From positions 68,519-132,518 of the IMG/VR virus record IMGVR_UViG_3300045988_117466: a DNA stretch of 64,000 nucleotides. One strand, 5' to 3'. The stretch comes from a virus. Below the pieces are notes generated by a model, which saw only the letters and a program-made list of their open reading frames with translations, searched no databases and was not told where the DNA came from. Below are positions 49,475 to 57,556 of this stretch, in pieces. Each line of letters opens with the position of its first letter. Within the stretch, counting starts at the first letter, position 1. A program made the translations under genes and the position numbers.

Positions 49475-50428
49475 GAAATTTAAAAAAATTTTTACCGTGT
49501 GGATTTCTCAGAGAGGGTGTTTGCATTTATATAAGAAGAGCCTGGTTTTTGAAAAAATTTCAGAAAAGTGGGTTTAAAGCAGAACAGGTGTTCTATATTT
49601 TAGAGTGTGTTAAGAGGTGCGTTTCTGGGGAAAGTTTTTATGAGGGGGGAGGGGTGTATGTGTGGTGTTCGGAAAGAAATGTGGAGGATGTTTTTAGAGG
49701 GTTTTGAGGGGTTAAGTGGCGTAGATGTGGGGTGGAGAAACGTCTGGCTGAACTTGTGGTATAGAATTACCAGCTATACGAATATCAGCAAAACTGCGAT
49801 TTAAAAATAGTTTTAAGTAGCCCCCTAAACACTTTTAAAAGTCTGTAAATAACTATTTACTTGCGTTTTTGATCAGAAATAGATAGTCAAAAAAGCACGT
49901 ATTTATGCGGGTTTGAGACCGTTTGAAAAGATTTTTAAAAATATTTTTTTTAGGGTATTGCAAAATTTTGGTGGGCATGGTCTTATACAGTTGTTCCAAG
50001 GGACAAGGAACTAAAACAAAAGTTCAAAAATTTAAAAAGAAAGAAGATGATAAAAGCCCAGTGCGTGGGCAGAACGCACGAACAAACGAAAAATTGAAAA
50101 TCTTTCCTAAAGTAGGCGTTCCCTACCACTAAGAAAGTAGTCATAGGTACAGCGACTATAAACCAGTACCCGCACTTTGACAAAATAATACTCTTTTCAA
50201 GTCTTTGGCGGTTAGTCCGTCAATCACATGGTTAGTCCATGCCCCAAAAGACCTGAATCGTTAGGTATCGACATACGCAAAAACTCTACTTTGCTACAAG
50301 TGGACTTTGCCAAAAAATCGGTTTTGATTCTATATCGGGAAAATACAGTAGCAGGAAATTTGCCCTTTGACGTTGGAACGTATTACGTCCAACTCATAAA
50401 CAATTATTTTAGTTTGTTGAGTCTTGAA

Positions 50429-50516
50429 CTCAATTAGCCAACAGGTGGCAATCCTACGCAATAACTCTATCCTTTTTTAGAGTTTGGGTTAATCGGTTCG
50501 ACTCCGATAGTTGAGA
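50429..50516 (+). ncRNA. tRNA-like element (acceptor plus T-arm, non-canonical middle)
   Basis: CTCAATT...ATCGG-TTCGACT-CCGAT-AGTTGAG-A: a 7-bp acceptor-like stem, a perfect T-arm and a D-like hairpin GCC-AACAGGT-GGC. No canonical anticodon arm; instead a hairpin CTCTA-TCCTTTTT-TAGAG with an 8-nt loop. Confidence 0.4.
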
Positions 50517-50574
50517 TTTAACCAATAACAATGTTTTTAGCTGACACACTTAGTCAGCAGATAGGAGAATTATT

Positions 50575-51450
50575 ATGTTAAATATCAAAACTTACAACAA
50601 AACAACAGCTTCTTTTGACAGCACAATCAACATGGTTGAACCTAAGAACCTTATCAAAGAAGAGTCAGACAACTTTGCTACAGCTGTACAGGTACAGGCT
50701 ATGCACTGGACTTTTTGCAACGCTCGCAACAAGTGTGATGATATTCGTAAAGAATACCCACAGTTTGATACTTTAAAAGATGATGATATTTCTAAGTTAT
50801 CAGCAGAAGAAGTATCTGCTTACAGTAAATATCTTGAGAATAAAGCTGTTGTCACAGCTTATGAAAACTATAGCTTCACAGAAGAAGAACAGGAACTACT
50901 CAAAAGACACGACAAACTGCCAACCATGGTAAGATTTTACGCAAGCTTTCTGTCTAGTGACGAGGGTATTTGTATGAATGGATTCGACAGCATTTACAAG
51001 AAATGCCGTAGTTTATTCAATGATTACATTCTTACAGACACAACAGACGCTATGAATTCTGACGAGAGCTTCAAAGCTCTGCGTAAAGAAATTGTTACAT
51101 GGTATAACAATCTGTTCAAACTCGCAGAAGACAACGAGTATCTTACAGCACGTGGTTCATCTATCAGCAAAGTGTCAGCTTCTTTTGTAAAGCTCTTAGT
51201 ATCTGACTTTAAAGTCCCTGCTAAGCTCAATAGAAAAACTGGAAAAGCTGAGATTGGTTCATACAGACAGATGAAAACTTGCAAGAAAATTTTCCGTACA
51301 TACATTCTTGCAAAAGTACAGAATCTGTCTTTAGACGAAGCAAAGAAAGCTATTCAGGACGCAATCAGCAAAGAAACAAACAAAGTGGAATCAGAGTCTA
51401 AAAAAGACGAAGTAGTTAAAGATGCAGACACAACAGAAGAAACAAAATAG
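50575..51450 (+). CDS. hypothetical protein, 291 aa (first plus-strand gene)
   Basis: ATG after TAGGAGAAT. Acidic C-terminus. Confidence 0.55.
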   Translation: MLNIKTYNKTTASFDSTINMVEPKNLIKEESDNFATAVQVQAMHWTFCNARNKCDDIRKEYPQFDTLKDDDISKLSAEEVSAYSKYLENKAVVTAYENYSFTEEEQELLKRHDKLPTMVRFYASFLSSDEGICMNGFDSIYKKCRSLFNDYILTDTTDAMNSDESFKALRKEIVTWYNNLFKLAEDNEYLTARGSSISKVSASFVKLLVSDFKVPAKLNRKTGKAEIGSYRQMKTCKKIFRTYILAKVQNLSLDEAKKAIQDAISKETNKVESESKKDEVVKDADTTEETK

Positions 51451-51473
51451 ATACCTCCAAAATTGTAATAGAC

Positions 51474-51522
51474 AGCACGACCGATAGGCGGTATAGGCAG
51501 AGTTCGACTCTCTGCCCGTGCT
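51474..51522 (+). ncRNA. 49-nt tRNA-like minihelix
   Basis: AGCACG-[ACCG-ATAGG-CGGT]-ATA-[GGCAGAG-TTCGACT-CTCTGCC]-CGTGCT: acceptor-like stem, D-like hairpin, and a T-arm with the canonical UUCGA loop. No anticodon arm. Confidence 0.4.
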
Positions 51523-51579
51523 TTGAAACCAACAAACTACTATCCTACGACCGTAGGACTAAAGAACAGGAGTGAAATT

Positions 51580-52008
51580 ATGAGACAATTTAGAACTGTC
51601 AAGTCATTCAATGAACAACTCCACGGACGAAAACTCCCAAAAGGTGCAGTCTGTGGATGTTACAAGGGTACAACATACTATTGTACTAACCTTAGCACCT
51701 ATTGGCTTTATGTACACGTCCGTATCTGGAATGATGATTTTCAGATGTGGGAAGAACTCGACAACAAAGACAATGAATCTATTTGTAAGTTCATAGCATC
51801 TAAAATCAGACGCTTCCACTTATCAAACAGTGACATTGAGTATCCTTTAGAGTATAAGTCTGCAGACGTATTGCCACGTCAGAAGATGCCACAAACTTAT
51901 AGTGGTTATCAATTTAGAGCTGGCAATATGCACAATCGCACCATGACCGACTCAGACGCCATGAGACCGTACCGTTTTAATGACGAATACGGTATCAAAC
52001 CAACATAG
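51580..52008 (+). CDS. hypothetical protein, 142 aa
   Basis: ATG at 51580 after ACAGGAGTGA. The ORF-track TTG start at 51523 overlaps the minihelix and is unlikely. Confidence 0.5.
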   Translation: MRQFRTVKSFNEQLHGRKLPKGAVCGCYKGTTYYCTNLSTYWLYVHVRIWNDDFQMWEELDNKDNESICKFIASKIRRFHLSNSDIEYPLEYKSADVLPRQKMPQTYSGYQFRAGNMHNRTMTDSDAMRPYRFNDEYGIKPT

Positions 52009-52081
52009 ACACCTCCAAACTCACACTCCTGTGCGTATTCTATGCACATAGTATAGTTGTAAATCGGACAGGAGTGTGATT

Positions 52082-52285
52082 ATGACTATATACTACTTGA
52101 CCTATACGATGGGTATTGACATGACTCCGTTGTCAAACCAGTATACAGTGTATTTTAATTCCAAAGATGCACTGGACACGTTTATTAATGGGTTTATGAA
52201 AAATACCTATCAAGAGGGTTACAACGAGATAATCAGCAAGGGAAAAGCCCACTGGAACTCTTATGGAATCCTCATACCAAAGTAG
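52082..52285 (+). CDS. hypothetical protein, 67 aa
   Basis: ATG at 52082. Its SD (GGAGTG) is sequestered in the stem CACACTCCTGT/ACAGGAGTGTG (52022-52079). Confidence 0.45.
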   Translation: MTIYYLTYTMGIDMTPLSNQYTVYFNSKDALDTFINGFMKNTYQEGYNEIISKGKAHWNSYGILIPK

Positions 52286-52380
52286 TACTTAGACAGGATG
52301 GGATAGTATATCTATCTCATTCTGTGTGAGCAACAAAGGAAATCAATTCTCTGTGACCACAGGGAGAAAGGAAATGAAAC

Positions 52381-52686
52381 ATGAAAACGAAAAGAGATAA
52401 CACGTCAACAATACTAGGAATGGTAGCAATGGTGTTTTTGAGTATAGTTCTAATATTAACATTAGTATTTCCATATGTAAGAAATAAGACAGCTAAGGTA
52501 AACACTCGCACAATCAATGGAACTTACAACAACGGAACTATTGTAACTACAGACAACAACGTCTGGAAAGTAACCAACTACAATGGAATCAACACAAAAG
52601 GAAATCATAAGGTATCTGTCAAGTTTGATACAAAAGGAACTGACAGCGTACTTGATGACGAAATTGTAGAAATTAAAGAGAAATAG
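52381..52686 (+). CDS. small membrane protein, 101 aa
   Basis: N-terminal TM helix ILGMVAMVFLSIVLILTLVF. SD GGAAATGAAAC. Confidence 0.5.
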   Translation: MKTKRDNTSTILGMVAMVFLSIVLILTLVFPYVRNKTAKVNTRTINGTYNNGTIVTTDNNVWKVTNYNGINTKGNHKVSVKFDTKGTDSVLDDEIVEIKEK

Positions 52687-52702
52687 AAAGGAAATCAAAG
52701 CC

Positions 52703-52888
52703 ATGATGAGCCAAAGATGTAAACAAGAACACTATAAACATATGAAAGGAAGAAAGCGTAAACATAAATACTATATTGTGGATACTGGGTGTGAAGCTGG
52801 ATTCTTTAGGAAGTATAAAGATGCACGCAGATATGCAAGAAAAAACAGAATAGGAATACTTGTACCTAAAATATACAAAGACAGATAA
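52703..52888 (+). CDS. small basic protein, 61 aa
   Basis: SD GAAAGGAAATCAAAGCC-ATG. Lys/Arg-rich. Confidence 0.45.
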   Translation: MMSQRCKQEHYKHMKGRKRKHKYYIVDTGCEAGFFRKYKDARRYARKNRIGILVPKIYKDR

Positions 52889-52905
52889 GAAAGGAAACTA
52901 AAACC

Positions 52906-53628
52906 ATGACAAAACAGGAAATAGAAATTATCAAAGCAAAAGCAATCACAACTCTTGCAACTTCACTAAATCGAGTTGAACTAAAAGATAGCCACAAAAC
53001 AGTTACAAGATGTGAACATAAATGGAAATTTAAATGTAAATCAGATACAGAACACTTCTATGTAGAAAGTATCTTTGATGCTGTAGATTGGCTGTATGAA
53101 GATTTAATTGCGGATGACGAAGAAGAGAAATGGAAACTCAGATTCACAACAAGGGTAGAGCCAAAGATTGTAAGAGATATTTTGGAGAGTCTAAGTGAAT
53201 ACAGTGAGATTCTTACAGATATGTCAGACACGGCTTGGGGTCTATATCGAGAAAATGGAAATGAAATCCATCTCGGAGAAAATAGTGCATATATAGCTGG
53301 AGCAGATTTGTTTGACCAGATGCGAGAGAACCTAGAAAATGACTTAAAAGAACAGAGCACTGAAAAGAAAGATAGAATTCAGGAATCACAGGCAAAAAGC
53401 GATATAGGACAATCAGTGCTTACGCAGACTATAGAAGAAGCGAAAAGAGAAGGGGAATATGATGCACTAAGAGAGGTGAATGGTTTTTGTGCTGTAAAGT
53501 TGGCATTCGAAACCAGTTCAGATGCTCAATTAGCATACTTGTATGTGCAAAAACATATTGAAGAGCTAAAAACAAAAAATAGAAGACAATCAATAAGTCA
53601 ATACATAGAAAGGAAACTAAGACCATGA
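52906..53628 (+). CDS. hypothetical protein, 240 aa
   Basis: SD GAAAGGAAACTAAAACC-ATG. Acidic. Confidence 0.5.
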   Translation: MTKQEIEIIKAKAITTLATSLNRVELKDSHKTVTRCEHKWKFKCKSDTEHFYVESIFDAVDWLYEDLIADDEEEKWKLRFTTRVEPKIVRDILESLSEYSEILTDMSDTAWGLYRENGNEIHLGENSAYIAGADLFDQMRENLENDLKEQSTEKKDRIQESQAKSDIGQSVLTQTIEEAKREGEYDALREVNGFCAVKLAFETSSDAQLAYLYVQKHIEELKTKNRRQSISQYIERKLRP

Positions 53629-54176
53629 GAACAAAAAGAGAATTAATGACAGAAATTTTAGAAACAGCTGTAATCGAATCTGTAAAATCAGATTGTGAAG
53701 TTGTCCATTACGATGTAGAAGTACACGGGGAGATGCACAGATTACAAGTAATTACAGGTCAATTTTTTGTTGAGTTTCATCATCTGGAAGATGGAGAGTA
53801 TGACTACAATTGTCCACACTTAGTCTATACTTTCGATCCATGGGAAATCGAAGAAGCGTTGGATACTTTCTTTATGATGGATGGAGAAACAGGAGAACTT
53901 CATGTTGACGAAAGCAAAATCGAACTTGGTATTGACTCTGATTTTACACCAGAAGCGAAACCAGAAATCACACGAGAAGATATCGAGGAAGCGAAAAGAG
54001 AAGCACAGATTGAGATGCTTCATCGTATTAAAACCTATAGCCTTTCTGTAAGTTTTGAAAACGCAAAAAACCTCAACAAAACAGGGAACTGCTTTTATGA
54101 TGGTAAAATAGAAGCATATAAAGACATTAATGAAACGTGTGAAGCTTTGCTATACCGATTAGGAGAAGAAGACTAA
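53625..54176 (+). CDS. hypothetical protein, 183 aa
   Basis: ATGA overlap with the upstream gene. Acidic. Confidence 0.5.
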   Translation: MRTKRELMTEILETAVIESVKSDCEVVHYDVEVHGEMHRLQVITGQFFVEFHHLEDGEYDYNCPHLVYTFDPWEIEEALDTFFMMDGETGELHVDESKIELGIDSDFTPEAKPEITREDIEEAKREAQIEMLHRIKTYSLSVSFENAKNLNKTGNCFYDGKIEAYKDINETCEALLYRLGEED

Positions 54177-54252
54177 AGCAAATCAATACATAGAGGGGTA
54201 GTGATTTGATATATATCTAGTACAAACTGTATATATTTGTAGCTAGAAAATC

Positions 54253-54292
54253 AGCCTTAGATAGCCAGTAAAGGAAATCTAAGGCTCTTTTT
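54253..54292 (+). terminator. intrinsic terminator
   Basis: 10-bp stem AGCCTTAGAT/ATCTAAGGCT followed by CTTTTTG. Confidence 0.7.
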
Positions 54293-54344
54293 GTATCTAT
54301 AAATATATTAATTCTTGTGGATGCACAAGAGAAAGGAAGAGCTT

Positions 54345-54617
54345 ATGGGATTAACAAAAAAAGAAATCTGCGAACGCTCAGAAACCATTGCATATTACAG
54401 TGGTTTATGTGGCGTAGAAGTGAAACAAATTACCTATGGAATAGAAGACTACATGTACTGTGAGTCTGGAGCTTGGGGTGGTGGCAAGAGCTATCACAAA
54501 CTAAAAATCCAGACAGACAACAAAGGAAATATGTTCGTGAAATTACACGGATATAGACTATTCTTAGATGAATTCATTCGCACAGGAAAGGAACAGACAG
54601 AGCTATGGGAACAATAA
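54345..54617 (+). CDS. hypothetical protein, 90 aa
   Basis: ATG at 54345 after GAAAGGAAGAG. Confidence 0.5.
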   Translation: MGLTKKEICERSETIAYYSGLCGVEVKQITYGIEDYMYCESGAWGGGKSYHKLKIQTDNKGNMFVKLHGYRLFLDEFIRTGKEQTELWEQ

Positions 54618-54892
54618 CATCTTTAACATTGTTTGAACAACAATGCATGGAACAAAAGACATTCAAACTGAAAACACTAAAAGATTTTGGTCATGCAACT
54701 TACAAAGGATTTACACTTCGCAATGGATACAGATATGGAGTCACAGAGGAAGACGGAATCCATGTTGCGACTTCAAACTGGCAGCAAGGGAACTTCATTT
54801 ATATGTACTTCTACAATGAATTAACAAGCCAGTGGGAAGGATTATGGATTGACTTAGAAGACGTAGAGATTGTGGAAGAGAAAGGAAATTAA
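54605..54892 (+). CDS. hypothetical protein, 95 aa
   Basis: Overlaps the upstream gene by 13 nt. Confidence 0.5.
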   Translation: MGTITSLTLFEQQCMEQKTFKLKTLKDFGHATYKGFTLRNGYRYGVTEEDGIHVATSNWQQGNFIYMYFYNELTSQWEGLWIDLEDVEIVEEKGN

Positions 54893-54893
54893 G

Positions 54894-55301
54894 ATGGAAA
54901 TTATACAATCTGTAATGTATATGGTAGCTGTGTGGTTTGGAATGTGGATGGAAAGATTTTTACTCAAAAAGCAAGGTAAAACCTATGAAAAAGTAAAAGA
55001 AGAAAATCTTGAATTAAAAGATATGTTATATTCTATTGAGGAAAATAGAAACTATTATAAAATGTTAAGTGATAATTATTATGATCTAAATACAAGATTA
55101 AAAAGACTAAATTATATACTAGAAGAGGAAGTTAAGATACTAAAAACTCAACCAGAGGCAACAACACAGCACATAAACCCAGCAGACCAAGAAATCATAG
55201 AAGCTGTCAAGTATGCTATGAAAATGTCTCATCCAGACAACAATGGAAACGCAGAAGACTTTATGAAGTTCAGAAAGCTTTATAAAGAAATAACAGAATA
55301 G
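54894..55301 (+). CDS. membrane-anchored protein with J-domain-like HPD segment
   Basis: N-terminal TM helix (IIQSVMYMVAVWFGMWM), a coiled coil, then ...AVKYAMKMSHPDNNGNAEDFMKFRKLYKEI, which resembles J-domain helix II-HPD-helix III. Confidence 0.45.
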   Translation: MEIIQSVMYMVAVWFGMWMERFLLKKQGKTYEKVKEENLELKDMLYSIEENRNYYKMLSDNYYDLNTRLKRLNYILEEEVKILKTQPEATTQHINPADQEIIEAVKYAMKMSHPDNNGNAEDFMKFRKLYKEITE

Positions 55302-55313
55302 GAAGTGAAACAT

Positions 55314-55604
55314 ATGTGGAAAATTGGAGATAGAGTAATTGTTGTTGAGGCTCCAGAAGAAAAGAATATTTGGAGATTAAATATTTCAGCAGGCGACAAG
55401 GGAACCATTATAGCCAAAAGAGATGGTCAGTATTTAATCCAATTTGATAAGGATATTGGTGGGCATGATGGAGCTTTTGAAAAACCACTAGGTAAAGATG
55501 GTCATTGTTGGTGGTTGTATGAAGAACATTCTTACCTTGTAAGTTGTGCCTTAGAGCTTAAGTGTAAGTGGATTCCAAAGAAAAGAAACAACAACTTCTA
55601 CTAA
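55314..55604 (+). CDS. KNNYY-tail family, class a (MWKIGDRV...GHCWW), ends KKRNNNFY
   Basis: ATG at 55314 after AGGAAGTG. C-terminal tail motif directly before the stop. Confidence 0.6.
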   Translation: MWKIGDRVIVVEAPEEKNIWRLNISAGDKGTIIAKRDGQYLIQFDKDIGGHDGAFEKPLGKDGHCWWLYEEHSYLVSCALELKCKWIPKKRNNNFY

Positions 55605-55622
55605 AAGAAAGGCAAGGTAAAC

Positions 55623-55922
55623 ATGAGAGAACTTAAACTTGAAGATTGTAAGGTTGGGATGACTCTTAAGCTAAAGGAAGATTGTCCTTTTAGAGAGTAT
55701 TGGGAAATAGATCCTAAGGAACCGGTAAAGTGCATTGTCCTAGAGGTGATCGGGAGTCAAATAGATAGCATTTTTGTAGATATCTACTATAAAAATGGGC
55801 GAAAATGTGTCCCGAGGAATTGGTATTTCTATACAGAAGATTCAATAATAGAGGCTAACGGTTATGAACTAATCTCAAAGAACTTAGAGTATCCGAACAA
55901 GCGAAAGAACAATTACTATTGA
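55623..55922 (+). CDS. KNNYY-tail family, class b (EDCKVG...DCPF), ends KRKNNYY
   Basis: ORF with SD. The tail and stop are fused to the next SD (TGAGAGGTG). Confidence 0.6.
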   Translation: MRELKLEDCKVGMTLKLKEDCPFREYWEIDPKEPVKCIVLEVIGSQIDSIFVDIYYKNGRKCVPRNWYFYTEDSIIEANGYELISKNLEYPNKRKNNYY

Positions 55923-55933
55923 GAGGTGCAAAT

Positions 55934-56239
55934 ATGCAAAAAGAAAAGGGAATTCGATTCGAAGATTGCCATGTTGGAGATGTATTTAGGTTAAAAACAA
56001 GGTGTCCTTTTGTGTACTATTACCTTATATCTGAGGGGATTGCTGTAGCAATAGAAGATAAAGTTACTGCAAGAGTAGTTCATAAAGAAAGAGATACTCT
56101 TGATGTAATGGTATATGTAAATGGGAAAAGATGTGCAACAGATTGGGATTGTTGGCTTGCAAGCAGTTCGATCTATCGTGAACATAGTTTTTACCTTAAT
56201 GTCGATTCAAAGATTAATCGAAAGAACAACTATTATTAG
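55934..56239 (+). CDS. KNNYY-tail family, class b, ends NRKNNYY
   Basis: ATG at 55934 after GAGAGGTG. FEDCHVGDVFRLKTRCPF. Confidence 0.6.
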   Translation: MQKEKGIRFEDCHVGDVFRLKTRCPFVYYYLISEGIAVAIEDKVTARVVHKERDTLDVMVYVNGKRCATDWDCWLASSSIYREHSFYLNVDSKINRKNNYY

Positions 56240-56264
56240 ATATAAGAGAAAGGAAAATAAGGCT

Positions 56265-56780
56265 ATGGGATATTTTAAAGTAGGAGATAGAGTAGAAGTA
56301 ATAGGCATCTATGGGCAACTTCCTGCCTATTATGAAGAACAAATAGAGATAGGTTCAAAGGGAACTATAATTACTGTAGATTGGTATGGTATTGACGTAA
56401 TATTTGACGATCTTAAACCTTATAAAGAGCCATCAAAGAACTCTTTGAATTTTGCTCCAATGTGGGATGATGATAAGGATAGTGAAGAATTTATTGATTC
56501 TGATATCCAAGGGACTGTTATTTTGGGCAAGGAAAACGCACCAAAAGCAGAGGTTCAAGTGAAATCTATTAAAATCAAAGATCGGACTGTTATAAGAGAC
56601 AATAACGGAGACCGCTTAGATGTAGAAATTATTACAGATCAGGGAAAGATTTTGGGAAGCACTTGTAGATGCTACAAAGGTTGCCACAATACTTGGGACA
56701 TAACCAATTTAATAGGCAGAAAATTTCAAGGTATGAATGGTTTACTTCGTTATTTAATTGTGGAACAGAAAGGAAAATAA
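56265..56780 (+). CDS. class a-like paralogue without the tail, 171 aa
   Basis: ATG at 56265 after AGAAAGGAAAATAAGGCT. MGYFKVGDRVEVIG...GSKGTIITVD..GIDVIFDD. Ends ...LIVEQKGK. Confidence 0.55.
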   Translation: MGYFKVGDRVEVIGIYGQLPAYYEEQIEIGSKGTIITVDWYGIDVIFDDLKPYKEPSKNSLNFAPMWDDDKDSEEFIDSDIQGTVILGKENAPKAEVQVKSIKIKDRTVIRDNNGDRLDVEIITDQGKILGSTCRCYKGCHNTWDITNLIGRKFQGMNGLLRYLIVEQKGK

Positions 56781-56782
56781 AA

Positions 56783-57082
56783 GTGAAAGATAGAGAAATT
56801 CGGACAGGAGATAGAGTAGAAGTTATTAAAAGTCATAACGAGGATTCATGTATTGATCACTATGCTCCTGTAGGGCTTAAAGGAACTGTAGTTTATGCAG
56901 AACCGAGACATTTGACAAAGCAAATAGCTGTTGAGTTTGATAAGTCTTTTAAAGAAGGACACGGTTGTAGTGGAAAAGTAAGAGGTAAGCGAGGGCAGTG
57001 GTATGAATATGATCCACATTCCAATATATATTGGAAAAATTGCTTAAAAATCTTATCCAAAAAGAAAAACAACTATTACTAA
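56783..57082 (+). CDS. KNNYY-tail family, class a, ends KKKNNYY
   Basis: GTG at 56783 after GAAAGGAAAATAAAA. TGDRVEVIK...GLKGTVVY...VEFD...GHGC. Confidence 0.55.
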   Translation: MKDREIRTGDRVEVIKSHNEDSCIDHYAPVGLKGTVVYAEPRHLTKQIAVEFDKSFKEGHGCSGKVRGKRGQWYEYDPHSNIYWKNCLKILSKKKNNYY

Positions 57083-57129
57083 AGGTATTTCAAAATCAGT
57101 GGAGTGATTTTTGTTAATACATGAAGAAA

Positions 57130-57156
57130 GGCGGGATTTATTCCCGTCTTTTTTTA
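57130..57156 (+). terminator. intrinsic terminator
   Basis: GGCGGGA-TTTA-TTCCCGTC followed by TTTTTTT. Confidence 0.65.
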
Positions 57157-57175
57157 AAACAGAAAGGAAATTAAG

Positions 57176-57556
57176 ATGAGTAAATTTAGATATTTAAATG
57201 AAGAAGAAACAAAAGTGTTATTACAGGTAACAGAATGGTTAGATAATCATTTCTTTAATCCAGAAAATAAATTCGATGAAGAATATTTTGAGAAATACAT
57301 GAGAGCAATCATTGACAACACAAGGGAAATGTACGAAGCGGTATACATCTGTGTGAACACAAAACCTGTAACTGTAATGATTTATGACTATGTACTTGAC
57401 ATTATTATTACCGATGCACGAGTTGACAAAGAAGCTAGAGAGATTGTAGAGATTGCTTTTACAACTTGGTTAATAAACATGACAGATAAACCATTTGAAA
57501 AGATTTTTGAATGGATGATTAGGCTCGCAATCCAATCACGTAAAGCTGATGAGTAA
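57176..57556 (+). CDS. hypothetical protein, 126 aa
   Basis: SD GAAAGGAAATTAAG-ATG. Confidence 0.5.
   Translation: MSKFRYLNEEETKVLLQVTEWLDNHFFNPENKFDEEYFEKYMRAIIDNTREMYEAVYICVNTKPVTVMIYDYVLDIIITDARVDKEAREIVEIAFTTWLINMTDKPFEKIFEWMIRLAIQSRKADE

Noticed and set aside
49450-50437. ORFs 49450-49707, 49607-49804, 49923-50132, 49983-50183(-), 50228-50437 in the switch region
   Set aside because: No SDs. They overlap one another, their composition is driven by the G-rich patch or repeats, and their translations are low-complexity.
50429-50516. Eighth, plus-strand tRNA gene
   Set aside because: The acceptor and T-arm are convincing, but no 5-bp anticodon stem with a 7-nt loop can be drawn. The region between the D-like and T arms is 43 nt with an 8-nt-loop hairpin. 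Reported as tRNA-like, not as a tRNA.
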